64,000 nt of DNA from an uncultured delta proteobacterium. Lineage in GTDB: Bacteria; Myxococcota_A; Polyangia; Fen-1088. The stretch lies in contig CAVWIP010000010.1 in NCBI GenBank assembly GCA_963755125.1, positions 128,001 to 192,000 of the forward strand, read 5' to 3'. A program made the translations under genes and the position numbers. Numbering within the stretch: position 1 is the stretch's first letter; every line of letters starts with the position of its first letter. Shown here one piece after another: positions 1 to 15,443 of the stretch. Below the pieces are notes generated by a model, which worked only from the letters and a program-made list of their open reading frames with translations, was not told where the DNA came from and made no database searches.

Positions 1-1
1 G

Positions 2-607
2 GTGGGCAAGACCCTGGTGTCGAGCGCGATGATCGATCGCGTGGTTGCGGCGATGGAACGCCCGCTGGTCGAGGTGCCGGTGGGCTTCAAATGGTTTGTC
101 GACGGTCTGCTCGACGGCAGCCTCGGGTTTGGCGGCGAAGAGAGCGCCGGGGCCAGCTTCTTGCGCTTCGACGGCAGTGCCTGGTCCACCGACAAGGACG
201 GTCTCATCATGGCGCTGCTGGCGGCCGAGATCACCGCCCGCACGGGCAAGGATCCCGGCGATCACTACCGCGAGATCACGGTGGCCCATGGCCAGCCCAT
301 CTACACGCGCATCGATCAGCCGGCCACACCAGCGGAGAAATCTCGGCTCCGGCAACTCTCGCCCGCGCAGGTCAGGAGCAGCTCGCTGGCTGGCGACGCG
401 ATTATCGCGGTCTTGACCAAGGCTCCGGGGAACGGCGCCTCCATCGGCGGGCTCAAGGTCGCGTCTCAGAATGGCTGGTTCGCGGCGCGTCCCTCGGGCA
501 CGGAGAACATCTACAAGATCTACGCTGAAAGCTTCAAGGGCCAGGCACACCTGAACAGCGTGATCGAAGAGGCGCGCGCCATCGTGGCAGCCGCGCTCAA
601 GACGTAG
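2..607 (+). CDS. pgm: Phosphoglucomutase, C-terminal part (5' end outside window)
   Basis: [28 protein letters not shown] and [16 protein letters not shown] motifs; stop TAG at 605-607. Confidence 0.95.
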   Translation: MGKTLVSSAMIDRVVAAMERPLVEVPVGFKWFVDGLLDGSLGFGGEESAGASFLRFDGSAWSTDKDGLIMALLAAEITARTGKDPGDHYREITVAHGQPIYTRIDQPATPAEKSRLRQLSPAQVRSSSLAGDAIIAVLTKAPGNGASIGGLKVASQNGWFAARPSGTENIYKIYAESFKGQAHLNSVIEEARAIVAAALKT

Positions 608-697
608 TCCGACGACGCCGGCCCCCTGCGCCCCGCCACGCTGTATTTCTTGCCCAGCGGCGCCGCCGGGGGCATATGTTGAGTAAGCGAATCCGTG

Positions 698-2809
698 ATG
701 AAATATGCACCGCTGTTTGCTATCCAAGCATACTTAGCCCTGTTGTCGGGATGTGACGTTCGCGCTGTCGCCTCCCTGCCGCCACCCCAGACCACCTCGT
801 CGGTCAAGACCGCGACGCCGACCAGCAAGCCCGCGGCGCCCGCCGCGCCCGTGCCCGCCAGCAAGTCCCCCGCGACACAAGCCCCGGCCCCCGGCGTCGT
901 GCCCGATGACGATCGCGCCCTGGTGATTCGCGACGGCCAGGAGAGCTGGACCAGCGCTTCCGGCGCAGCCCGCTCCGGATACACCATCGTCGATCTCGGT
1001 GACGATTGGACTCCCTTCATCTTCGAGGAACATCGTGGCGCCGACGGGCAGAGCATGCCCAACCGCTACCGCCGCGTGTTCCTCGGCCTGGCCAACGACA
1101 CGCTCGACGAAGATGGCGAGCCCTTGCCCACGGGCGAAAAGAACTACCTCGAACTCTACGGCATTCCGCCTTCGCTGGGGGTGCTGCGCGCCCGCTTCCT
1201 GGAGGACGAGAAGCAGAAGTGCCATGAAGGCGCCAACCTGGCCGCCATGGAGGCGGTGGAGACCACAGGCTACGTGGCGCCGGAGACGGTGGTTCCGGAA
1301 GAGAAGCGCATCGCACGCATGCGCAGCGATCTGGAAAACGCGCGCCGGAAAGCCCACGCGCAGACGCTGGCCGAGCTGGCTGCCAAGAACCCCAAGCTGG
1401 AACCCAAGGTTAAGCTGGTCGAGCGACGGGCCGCAAAGAAGCTGGCCATGACCGAGGTGGAACGCCGACTGGCCTGCGAAGGCATGTTCAAGCACGGCGT
1501 GAAGCACGTCGCGGGCATCTACGACGATGCCATGCGCCTGGCGGTGCGCCGTTTTCAGCAGAAGCACATGATCTACGAGCCCAACTACCTGCGCCATCAG
1601 ACCATGGACGCCCTGGCCCGAGCGCCGCTGTCCAACGATCATGAGGCCCTGGTGCGGGTCTTGCGTGAGCGCGTGGTGGCCGCCACCGGCGTGGTCGAGG
1701 ACGGCACCGTGGACAGCAAGAGCGGCCCGGCCACGTACACCGGCGCCAACGGACAGACGCTGCCAGTGCGCAACCTAGTCGAGGAGATGACCCAGGCCGC
1801 GGTCGAGCAGCTCGGCCTGGCCAGCCCCGAGGCTGCGCTGGCGTTTTTCAAGCGTCACAGCGCCGCCGATTTCCGCCACCTGCGCGCCGCAGTCCACTTG
1901 CCGGCCCTGCCCGAGTACTACGGGCCCAACATGGATCTGTCCATCGTGATCGATCGCGGCGAGGTCTGGTACGACCTGCCCTGGGATGCGGCGGGCGTGC
2001 GCCACGCGCAGCCACGCAAGCGCTACCCCAGCTTCCACCTCTACGTGAAGTACAAGGAACAACGCATCCCGCTCGCACGCTGGCAGACCACCATCGGCGG
2101 CTGGCGCGCCGAACAGGCGTCGGACGGCTACGAGTACTATCGCTACAAGGGCTCGGACGTGGGGCCGCGCGTGATCCGCAACGTGGTGGCCGGCCCGGTG
2201 TGGATCGCGCCCGAGTCCACGCCCATCCGCACCCTGGTCAAGCCCAAAACCGTGAACGGCCTGTGGCAGCGGGTGGTCAACTACGACGAGCTGGGCCCGG
2301 GATTTCTCTCGGCCTACGGACTCATCGCCGGCTATCTGGTGGTGCCGGGCAAGGGCGGCAAGCCCGACTGGGACAACGGCATCCGCGCGCACGGCTCGTC
2401 GGAGTATCTCTCCATGTCCAGCCCCGAGGGCTACTCGCACGGCTGCCACCGCCTGCCCAACCACCTGGCCATCCGGCTCTACTCGTTCATCCTGCGCCAC
2501 CGTCCCATGCGCATTCTGGGCGACCAGCCGGCTAACATCGCGCGCCAGTTCCTGCTCGACAACGACGTGTTCGAGATTCGCGTTCCCTCGCGCGGCTACC
2601 AGTATGTGCTTGAGCCGCCGTTGCCAGTGGACGTGCTGGAGGGCGAGATCAAGGGCACCTTGAAGAAGCCGATCCTGACCTACGTGCCCAAGCCGGGCGT
2701 GCGCTATCCCGGGCCGCCGCCGGAGGTGCCCAACTCAGCCGAAGGCCGCGCGGGCGGAGTCAGCTCGGGCCGCTCGGCCGGCGGCGATGACGAAGGGGGG
2801 GCGCCATGA
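698..2809 (+). CDS. L,D-transpeptidase-like (YkuD) lipoprotein with peptidoglycan-binding segment
   Basis: Lipobox-like LLSGC, Pro/Ala linker, GIYDDAMRLAVRRFQQKH (PG-binding-like), IRAHG...YSHGCHRL (HxxxSHGC catalytic motif). Confidence 0.75.
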   Translation: MKYAPLFAIQAYLALLSGCDVRAVASLPPPQTTSSVKTATPTSKPAAPAAPVPASKSPATQAPAPGVVPDDDRALVIRDGQESWTSASGAARSGYTIVDLGDDWTPFIFEEHRGADGQSMPNRYRRVFLGLANDTLDEDGEPLPTGEKNYLELYGIPPSLGVLRARFLEDEKQKCHEGANLAAMEAVETTGYVAPETVVPEEKRIARMRSDLENARRKAHAQTLAELAAKNPKLEPKVKLVERRAAKKLAMTEVERRLACEGMFKHGVKHVAGIYDDAMRLAVRRFQQKHMIYEPNYLRHQTMDALARAPLSNDHEALVRVLRERVVAATGVVEDGTVDSKSGPATYTGANGQTLPVRNLVEEMTQAAVEQLGLASPEAALAFFKRHSAADFRHLRAAVHLPALPEYYGPNMDLSIVIDRGEVWYDLPWDAAGVRHAQPRKRYPSFHLYVKYKEQRIPLARWQTTIGGWRAEQASDGYEYYRYKGSDVGPRVIRNVVAGPVWIAPESTPIRTLVKPKTVNGLWQRVVNYDELGPGFLSAYGLIAGYLVVPGKGGKPDWDNGIRAHGSSEYLSMSSPEGYSHGCHRLPNHLAIRLYSFILRHRPMRILGDQPANIARQFLLDNDVFEIRVPSRGYQYVLEPPLPVDVLEGEIKGTLKKPILTYVPKPGVRYPGPPPEVPNSAEGRAGGVSSGRSAGGDDEGGAP

Positions 2810-3309
2810 AGCCACGTGGGCGCCGGTGCAGACCTTGCCTGCTTGCCGGCGGCATGCTGCTGGCTGTGCTGGGGCTGGCTGCGGCGGTGGGGCTGGGCGC
2901 CGAGGATGCCGACAAGAACCCGGTAGTCGAGGAGCCATCGAGCAAGAGGACAGAAGACAAGGTCACCATCACCGTGCAGACGGTTCCGCCGCGCAAGGCG
3001 GTGGTCAAGTGGGGCAGCAAGACCCTGGGCGTGATTCCCGTACCCCGGCCGCTGGTGGTGGTGCGACCGCGCGACAGCGGGCCGCTCGACCTGGTGGTCC
3101 GCGCCGCCGGCTTCTTGCCGGTCCACACGCGTGCCTACACCTTCTCCGATAGCCGAGTCGCCATCAAGCTGACGCCGCTTTCCGAGAAGAACACTCTCTT
3201 CGGCTACCGGCAGGAAGTTCCGCCCGAGGGCACCGCCAGTCCCGACGGGGGCGCACCGCCCCCAGCGCCCGCGCCCTCACCAGCCCCTGCGCCAGCCCCG
3301 CAGAGATAG
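2806..3309 (+). CDS. Hypothetical exported protein (PEGA-like beta domain)
   Basis: ATGA overlap with upstream gene; hydrophobic N-terminus; TVQTVPP...LGVIP...VRAAGF pattern; Pro-rich tail. Confidence 0.6.
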   Translation: MKPRGRRCRPCLLAGGMLLAVLGLAAAVGLGAEDADKNPVVEEPSSKRTEDKVTITVQTVPPRKAVVKWGSKTLGVIPVPRPLVVVRPRDSGPLDLVVRAAGFLPVHTRAYTFSDSRVAIKLTPLSEKNTLFGYRQEVPPEGTASPDGGAPPPAPAPSPAPAPAPQR

Positions 3310-3319
3310 CCAGGATCCG

Positions 3320-4093
3320 ATGATCCCCATCAGCGACGACAACCAGACCTTGCGCTTTCCGCTGGTGACCATCGCCCTGCTGGTGGTGATGGGCCTGGTG
3401 TGGGTTCTGGTCCAGGGGGCAGGCCTCAGCCCGACCGTGCTGGCGGCCAGCGTGTGCAACCTGGGCCTGGTGCCGGGCGAGCTCACCGGCCGCGCCCCTG
3501 TCGGCGAGGCCGTGCCGCTCGGCCGCGGGCTTCTCTGCCTAGTGGACCGCGACCCCATCAACTACCTGACACCGCTGTTCTCCATGTTCCTGCACGGCGG
3601 CTGGATGCACCTCCTCGGCAACGGCCTGTTCCTCTGGGTGTTCGGCAAGAACGTGGAAGACAGCATGGGGCGGCTGCGCTTTCTGGTCTTCTACTTCGTG
3701 TGCGGCCTGGCGGCTGCGGCCGCGCAGATCGCCATCGACCCCGCGTCGCCGGTTCCCATGGTGGGCGCCTCGGGCGCCATCTCGGGCGTGCTGGGCGCCT
3801 ACCTGATGCTGTATCCACGCGTGCGGGTCAACGTGCTGTTCATCTGGGTGATCTTCGTGCAGGTCATCTCGCTGCCCGCATATCTGGTGCTGCTGTGGTG
3901 GATCGGCCTGCAACTTCTGAGCGGCCTGCCCCAGCTCTCCTCGGTGCGACCTGAAATCTCGTCGGGCGTCGCGGTCTGGGCGCACATCGGCGGCTTCTTC
4001 GCCGGCTTCGTCCTGGTCAAGCTGTTCGAGAACCCGGCGCTGGTCAGCGCGCGCACCCTGGTGCGACGGCGCGCCCATCCCGATCACTGGTAG
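3320..4093 (+). CDS. Rhomboid family intramembrane serine protease
   Basis: SMFLHGGWMHLLGN, VGASGAISG (catalytic Ser), AHIGG (catalytic His). Confidence 0.95.
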   Translation: MIPISDDNQTLRFPLVTIALLVVMGLVWVLVQGAGLSPTVLAASVCNLGLVPGELTGRAPVGEAVPLGRGLLCLVDRDPINYLTPLFSMFLHGGWMHLLGNGLFLWVFGKNVEDSMGRLRFLVFYFVCGLAAAAAQIAIDPASPVPMVGASGAISGVLGAYLMLYPRVRVNVLFIWVIFVQVISLPAYLVLLWWIGLQLLSGLPQLSSVRPEISSGVAVWAHIGGFFAGFVLVKLFENPALVSARTLVRRRAHPDHW

Positions 4094-4100
4094 GCAAGGG

Positions 4101-5930
4101 ATGCGCAGGGCGACCACCCTCACTGGCTTGGGCATCCTCGTCGTTCTGCTCGCGCCATCTCCGGTGCCCGCTTCCGAGGCCTGTAGCGAATCACCCGAGG
4201 CCCGCGTCTGGTGGTCGCCCGATAATCCTTCGGCCGGCTCGCCCTTGCGACTCATGGTGGTGAGCGAGGAGGCCCGCGACGGGATCATCACGGTCAGCAC
4301 CGCGGGACGGCCGACGCAGAAGCTGGCCACCGTGCGCCGGGGCGGACCGCCCTTCAGCTTCTCCGCCGAGCTACCCACGCCGCCAGCCGGCGAGGTTCGT
4401 GTCGCCCTGGTCTCCGGCGGCCAGACCATCTCCTGCCATCGCATCTCGCTGGCAGCCCGCGGCCGCGCGCTGCCGGCACGCGGCCGGGCGCAAGGGCCGG
4501 GCGCCTGGCCGGTCACTCGTGCCTGGAACCGCAGCCTGGAAGACCTCTACTCGGCGTGGATCGAGCGCCTGTTCGACGCGCCGGCTGACGAAGCGCTGGG
4601 GTTCCCCTCGCTGGCGCCCGTGATCCGCGATCCGGCGCGCAACTTTCTGTGGGGACACCTCGGCCTGCGCGAGGACGATCCCAAGAATCGCGCCGCGCCT
4701 CCGGCGGTGCCCGACTGTGCCGATCTGCCCTACTACCTGCGCGCCACCTTCGCCTGGAAGATGGGATTGCCCTTCGGTCTGCGCGACTGCAACCGCGGCA
4801 GCAGCGACCATCCGCCCACCTGCGGCGCGCTCACCAGTCAGGACGAGCCCGTGACCGGCAGCGACGCTCTCGATCGCTTTCGCAAGTTTCTGCGCCTGCT
4901 GGCCAACAAGGTCCATTCGGGCAGCGCGCGCACCGCGCTCGACGACGACGCGACCGACTTCTACCCGGTCAAGCTGGCGCGTGATGTGCTGCGACCGGGC
5001 CTGATCTACGCCGACCCCTACGGACACGTGATGATGATCGCCAAGTGGGTCGAGCAGGACGGGACAAAGGGCGGGCGCCTCTTTGCCGTGGATGGCCAGC
5101 CCGACAATTCGGTGGGCCGCAAGCGCTTCTGGGAGGGCACCTTTCTCTTCGCCAGCAACGTGAGGAGCGCGGGCCCGGGCTTCAAGGCCTTTCGCCCGGT
5201 GGAAAAGTCGGCCGGGAATGGCGCGACGGTCGCGCTGCCCAACCGTGCGCTGGTCAACGACCGTCGCTTCGCGCCCTTCTCGGCCGAGCAGGCCACCATG
5301 TCGGCCGACGACTTCTACGCGCGCATGGCCAAGCTCATCAACCCCAAGGGCCTGGATGCCGAAGCCACCTACGAGGAAACCCTGAACGCGCTGGTCGAAC
5401 AGCTCGAAACGCGCCTGGGCTCGGTGGACAACGGCGAGCGCTTCATGCGCGAGAAAGGCAACCCGGTGGTGCCCATGCCCGTGGGTGCCAAGATCTTTGA
5501 GACGGTGGGTCCCTGGGAGGACTACGCCACCCCTTCGCGCGACATGCGCCTGCTCATCGCGCTGGACGTGCTGGCGCGCCTGCCGGCCCGCGTGTCAGCG
5601 CACCCCGAGCTGTTCGTGCTGGCTGGCCGCAAGCCCGAGGAGCTTTCTGCCGAAATCGAGAAGCTGCATCAGCGTCGCATCCACGAGCGCTCGGTCGAGT
5701 ACCGGCGCAGCGACGGGACGCCGTTCAGGTTGACGGTAGCCGATGTGTACGCGCGCCGGAGCGCCCTGGAGATGGCGTACAACCCGAACGACTGCGCCGA
5801 GCTGCGCTGGGGTGCCGACCCCACAACCCCGGACTACGCGACCTGCAAGCGACACGCGCCTGCCGAGCAGCGCAGCCGGATGCTGGAGTATAGAGCTTGG
5901 TTCCACGAAGCGCGCCGCCCACCGCGCTAG
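4101..5930 (+). CDS. Secreted hypothetical protein with putative Cys-His-Asp (papain/NlpC-like) catalytic motif
   Basis: Signal peptide; PDCADLPY, YGHVM, FAVDGQPD; 7-nt gap after rhomboid gene. Confidence 0.55.
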   Translation: MRRATTLTGLGILVVLLAPSPVPASEACSESPEARVWWSPDNPSAGSPLRLMVVSEEARDGIITVSTAGRPTQKLATVRRGGPPFSFSAELPTPPAGEVRVALVSGGQTISCHRISLAARGRALPARGRAQGPGAWPVTRAWNRSLEDLYSAWIERLFDAPADEALGFPSLAPVIRDPARNFLWGHLGLREDDPKNRAAPPAVPDCADLPYYLRATFAWKMGLPFGLRDCNRGSSDHPPTCGALTSQDEPVTGSDALDRFRKFLRLLANKVHSGSARTALDDDATDFYPVKLARDVLRPGLIYADPYGHVMMIAKWVEQDGTKGGRLFAVDGQPDNSVGRKRFWEGTFLFASNVRSAGPGFKAFRPVEKSAGNGATVALPNRALVNDRRFAPFSAEQATMSADDFYARMAKLINPKGLDAEATYEETLNALVEQLETRLGSVDNGERFMREKGNPVVPMPVGAKIFETVGPWEDYATPSRDMRLLIALDVLARLPARVSAHPELFVLAGRKPEELSAEIEKLHQRRIHERSVEYRRSDGTPFRLTVADVYARRSALEMAYNPNDCAELRWGADPTTPDYATCKRHAPAEQRSRMLEYRAWFHEARRPPR

Positions 5931-6103
5931 CTGGCTGTAGTCTGGGGCGCTCCTATGTGCGCAGGTGCGCACCTGGGAGCACGAACAGCCTTGCGCCCCA
6001 TGAAATGTTTTCTTAGCCGAGGCTGTATCTATCTTATGATCGAGGAGGATTCTTCCGAGGATTATTGATGGCCGCACCTTTGCAAGCACAGGATCGGGGA
6101 GTC

Positions 6104-6655
6104 ATGTCGCGAAGACGCAGTCGGCAGGCTGGATTCACTGTCACCGAGATGATGGTGGTGCTCGTCATCATCGGGTTGCTTGCTGCCGTGGCGACCCCGT
6201 CCTTGACCAGGGACAGCAAAGCTCGCAAGGGGCGCGACTTCGCCAACTACGTCGCACAGGCCATGCAGCGCGCCCACCTCGATGCCATGAGCTTGCGCGT
6301 TCCGACCTTCACGCTGATCTGCGGGAGCTCGGTGCTCACCTACCGCAACGACCAGAACCCGCCCCTGCGCAGCCTGTACGCCCCCACGGGCGTTGCCATC
6401 TGGGACGCCAACATAACCAACACCGTGCCATCAAGTGCCGTCCTCCCCACGAATCAAGGCAGCGGCTGCGTCTGGCTTTACTTCAACTCCATGGGCAACG
6501 CCGGCACCAACGTCGCCTCCGCGAACCTGGCTAACTGGACCGTCTATATTCGCAACACGAACCTGCCCCCCACTCACCCCGACGGCGGCTTTGTGATTGG
6601 GGTGACAGGTCTCACGTCGTTTGTCTCCACACGCAACTTCACCTTCTCACACTGA
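6104..6655 (+). CDS. Type IV minor pilin, FimT/FimU-like
   Basis: Class III signal G|FTVTEMMVVLVIIGLLAAVATP; GGGGAG RBS before ATG 6104; YFNSMG motif. Confidence 0.85.
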   Translation: MSRRRSRQAGFTVTEMMVVLVIIGLLAAVATPSLTRDSKARKGRDFANYVAQAMQRAHLDAMSLRVPTFTLICGSSVLTYRNDQNPPLRSLYAPTGVAIWDANITNTVPSSAVLPTNQGSGCVWLYFNSMGNAGTNVASANLANWTVYIRNTNLPPTHPDGGFVIGVTGLTSFVSTRNFTFSH

Positions 6656-6657
6656 CC

Positions 6658-7142
6658 ATGAGGCGCAATTCTGGATTCACACTGATCGAGGTTCTGGTGG
6701 CTCTGCTGCTGGGAGCCGTCGGATTGCTGGGAACCCTGGCGGTGCAGCAGGCCGTGATCAGCGCCTCGAAGTCTGCCAACGATGCGGCCGTGGCCCTGCG
6801 CCTGGCCAGCCAGAAGATCGAGGAGTTCAGCACCGTGCTGACCACTGGAAGCCCTTTGAGCGCGACCCCGCCCAACGTGGACCAGTTCCAGTCGCCAGTC
6901 GCCATCGCGAACCCGATCGGGACTGCCACCTGGAGTTCCCCGGTCTATATGAACGCCGAGGGCGCGCAGCTTACTGCTGCTCCCACCGGCGCGACGAACG
7001 TCGCCGCATACCGGTGGATCCGCAGGTGGCGGGTCATCAACCTGGGCGTCGCCCAGCCCTACGTGATCTCGGTGACCGTCACCTACAACAGCGACACCGG
7101 AACCCCGAAGACCGTCCGCCTGGACATGGAACGGAGGAAGTC

Positions 7143-7149
<7 letters not shown>
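6658..7149 (+). CDS. Type IV minor pilin, PilV-like
   Basis: G|FTLIEVLVALLLGAVGLLG; C-terminal RWRV...ISVTVTY; position in cluster. Confidence 0.85.
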
Positions 7150-10831
<3,682 letters not shown>

Positions 10832-10849
10832 AGGACCCCCAGAATACGC

Positions 10850-10898
10850 GAAGCCCACCGCCCGCTGACCCTGAGGTCAACCAGCGATGGGCTTCTTC
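10850..10898. terminator. Stem-loop between convergent pilX-like and groEL genes (possible bidirectional terminator)
   Basis: GAAGCCCA...TGGGCTTC outer arms with inner CGCTG/CAGCG pairing; weak U-tract. Confidence 0.45.
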
Positions 10899-10926
10899 GA
10901 TACTGCGCTGATGGCCGGGAGGCTGA

Positions 10927-12917
<1,991 letters not shown>

Positions 12918-12941
12918 CGTCTTCTTGCCTCCCGGTGCTGG

Positions 12942-12968
12942 TTAGCAGTCGCCCCTCGCGACTGCCAG
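12942..12968 (-). promoter_or_regulatory. CIRCE-like operator (HrcA site) upstream of groES
   Basis: TTAGCAGTC-N9-GACTGCCAG versus consensus TTAGCACTC-N9-GAGTGCTAA; located between promoter and RBS. Confidence 0.8.
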
Positions 12969-12974
12969 GCCGCA

Positions 12975-13002
12975 AACATATGCACAAGCGCGCGAGAGTC
13001 AA
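12975..13002 (-). promoter_or_regulatory. Sigma70-type promoter of groESL
   Basis: Minus strand TTGACT-N16-TATGTT immediately upstream of the CIRCE. Confidence 0.6.
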
Positions 13003-13079
13003 CCGCCCAGGACGAAAAAACTGGCTCGGCGACACCTATGTTGCAACGCACTGGAAGCTAACTGGGCGCTTTTATTCGA

Positions 13080-13937
13080 CTAGCTAGCCTGCCCCAACCT
13101 CAGATTGTCGATGAGCCGTGTCCCGCCCACGAAGGTGGCCACCAGCATGACAGCGGGCCGGTCGATGAGATCGAGCGGCTGGAGATCGTCGGACGCACGG
13201 ATTTCGAGATAGTCGATGCGGTCCACCCGACCCGCGATCTTGGCCCTGGCGGCTTCCAGCAGGACCGACGCGCGGCGCTCGCCCTTTTCGACCAGAGCGC
13301 GAGCGTCGGACAAGCCCGCGAAAAGCGCAGTCGCCCGCTGGCGGTCGGACGCCGACAGGTAAGCGTTGCGCGAGGACATGGCCAGCCCGTCCGGCTCGCG
13401 CACGGTCGGCAACCCGACCACTTCGATCGGCAGGTTCAAGTCCGTCACCATGCGCCGGATGACCGCGAGTTGCTGGAAGTCCTTCTCGCCGAAGAACGCG
13501 AGGTGCGGCCGCACGATGTTGAACAGCTTGCAAACCACGGTGGCCACGCCCACGAAGTGGCCAGGTCGGCGCGCGCCACACAGCCCCTGCGACACCTCGC
13601 GCACGTCGATGGCGGTCTGGAAGCCCGGGCCGTACATGCTGGCCGCCTCGGGCACGAAGGCCACGGTGCAGCCCACGCTGGCAGCCTTGGCCAGATCGCC
13701 AGGCAGGTCGCGCGGGTACTTGGCCAGGTCTTCCTGCGGGCCGAATTGCATGGGATTGACGAAGATTGAAAGCACAAGCTTCCGGGCGCGGCGCCGGCCT
13801 TCGGCCAAAAGCGACAGGTGCCCGGCGTGCAGCGCGCCCATGGTTGGCACCAGGGCGATGCGCTCGCCCTGCCCGCGTGCCGCCTCGGACCAGGCGCTCA
13901 TGGCCGCAGGATCCGCGATCGCGGGCACGTCGCTCAC
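13080..13937 (-). CDS. panC: Pantoate--beta-alanine ligase
   Basis: VPTMGALHAGH, SIFVNPMQF, FGEKDFQQ, GLAMSSRN, RLIDN. Confidence 0.98.
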   Translation of the reverse strand: MSDVPAIADPAAMSAWSEAARGQGERIALVPTMGALHAGHLSLLAEGRRRARKLVLSIFVNPMQFGPQEDLAKYPRDLPGDLAKAASVGCTVAFVPEAASMYGPGFQTAIDVREVSQGLCGARRPGHFVGVATVVCKLFNIVRPHLAFFGEKDFQQLAVIRRMVTDLNLPIEVVGLPTVREPDGLAMSSRNAYLSASDRQRATALFAGLSDARALVEKGERRASVLLEAARAKIAGRVDRIDYLEIRASDDLQPLDLIDRPAVMLVATFVGGTRLIDNLRLGQAS

Positions 13938-14746
13938 GAGAAAGATTCCTTCTTCGACGGGAAGCGTCCCGCGCGCACGTCAGCGGCGAAATCAGCGAAG
14001 GCCTTTTCCGTCGTACGACCGAGTTCGGCATAGCGGCGGGCGAAGCGCGGCGACCAATCCGGGTCGAGCCCGAGCAAGTCGTGCATCACCAGCACCTGGC
14101 CGTCGCAGGACGGCCCGGCGCCGATGCCGATGCTGGGCACGGGCACGGCTGCGGTGATCTCCGCGGCCAGCGCCGCCGGAATGCTCTCCAGCACCATCGC
14201 GTAAACACCCGCATCGGCGATGGCGTGCGCGCCGGCCGCGATGGTGCGCGCCTGCGCTTCAGAGCGACCCTGCAACTTGAAACCGCCGAACTTGTGCACC
14301 GACTGCGGCGTCATGCCCACGTGACCCACGACAGGGATGCCGACGGAAACCAGGCGACGGACCAGTTCGGCCACTTCCTCGCCGCCTTCCAGTTTCACCG
14401 CCTCGGCCCCGCCTTCTTTCAGCAGACGGCCGGCTGCACGCATGCCGTCTTCCACGCTCGCCTGGTAGCTCATGAACGGCATGTCCACCACCACATGAGC
14501 CGCCGCCACGCCCCGGGCCACGGCGCGACTGTGGTAAATCATCTCGTCGAGCGTGACCGGCAAGGTGCTGGCCTGGCCCTGCACGACCATGCCCAGGCTG
14601 TCGCCCACCAGAACGATGTCCACGCCGGCGCGGTCAGCCAGGCGGGCAAAGGCCACGTCGTAGGCGGTGACAGCAACGATCTTGTCGCCCTGGCTCTTGC
14701 GCTCGCGCAGCGAAACCGCGGTGATCTTCTTTCCTTGCGCTGCCAT
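13934..14746 (-). CDS. panB: 3-methyl-2-oxobutanoate hydroxymethyltransferase
   Basis: TAYD, LVGDSLGM, VDMPFMSY, VKLEGG, GIGAG, DGQVLV. Confidence 0.98.
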   Translation of the reverse strand: MAAQGKKITAVSLRERKSQGDKIVAVTAYDVAFARLADRAGVDIVLVGDSLGMVVQGQASTLPVTLDEMIYHSRAVARGVAAAHVVVDMPFMSYQASVEDGMRAAGRLLKEGGAEAVKLEGGEEVAELVRRLVSVGIPVVGHVGMTPQSVHKFGGFKLQGRSEAQARTIAAGAHAIADAGVYAMVLESIPAALAAEITAAVPVPSIGIGAGPSCDGQVLVMHDLLGLDPDWSPRFARRYAELGRTTEKAFADFAADVRAGRFPSKKESFS

Positions 14747-14792
14747 TTGCCGGTACCTTCCCACGAGTTGGCAGGACTTGCACGACCAGCCG

Positions 14793-15443
14793 CTACCGCC
14801 GGCTCCAGTGGTTCACCCCTGCGCGGGTCTGCGAAATCACCTCCAGCAACGCCGCGCGGTCCTCGGTGTTGCCCACGAAGTCGATCTCCGAGGCATCCAC
14901 GATGAGCAGCGGGCCGTCGTCGTAGGCGAAGAAGAACTCGGAGTAGGCCCTGGCCACCTCGCGCAGGTACTCCCGGCGGATGGGTTTCTCCTCGGGCCGT
15001 CCCCGCTTCTCGACCCGCTCCAACAAGACCTCGGCACGCGCGTGCAGGTACACCACCAGATCGGGCGCCACCACGCGGGGCCGCAGCGCCTGATACACGC
15101 GATCGTAGAGCGCCAGCTCGTCGGGCGACAGGGTCAGGGTGGCGAATAGGCGATCCTTGGCAAAGAGATAGTCGGCCACCAGGCCGCCCGGCTCGAACAG
15201 GCTACCCTGGGCCAGGTCGGTCTGTTGCCCGTAGCGCTGCAGGAGGAAGAAGAGCTGCGCCGACAGGGCGAAGCGTTTCGGGTCGCGGTAGAAGGAAGCC
15301 AGAAAGGGATTGCCGCCGGGGTCTTCGCTCACCAGTCGCGCGCCCAGGCTTTCGGCCAGGATCTCGGCCAGGCTGCTCTTGCCCACGCCGATGGGGCCTT
15401 CCACCGCGATGTAGCGAGGCCGCTGTTGTGGCTGTCTGGTCAC
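14793..15443 (-). CDS. Deoxynucleoside kinase
   Basis: EGPIGVGKSS P-loop, NPFLASFY, DYLFAKDRLFA, RGRPEE; commonly next to panB. Confidence 0.92.
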   Translation of the reverse strand: MTRQPQQRPRYIAVEGPIGVGKSSLAEILAESLGARLVSEDPGGNPFLASFYRDPKRFALSAQLFFLLQRYGQQTDLAQGSLFEPGGLVADYLFAKDRLFATLTLSPDELALYDRVYQALRPRVVAPDLVVYLHARAEVLLERVEKRGRPEEKPIRREYLREVARAYSEFFFAYDDGPLLIVDASEIDFVGNTEDRAALLEVISQTRAGVNHWSRR

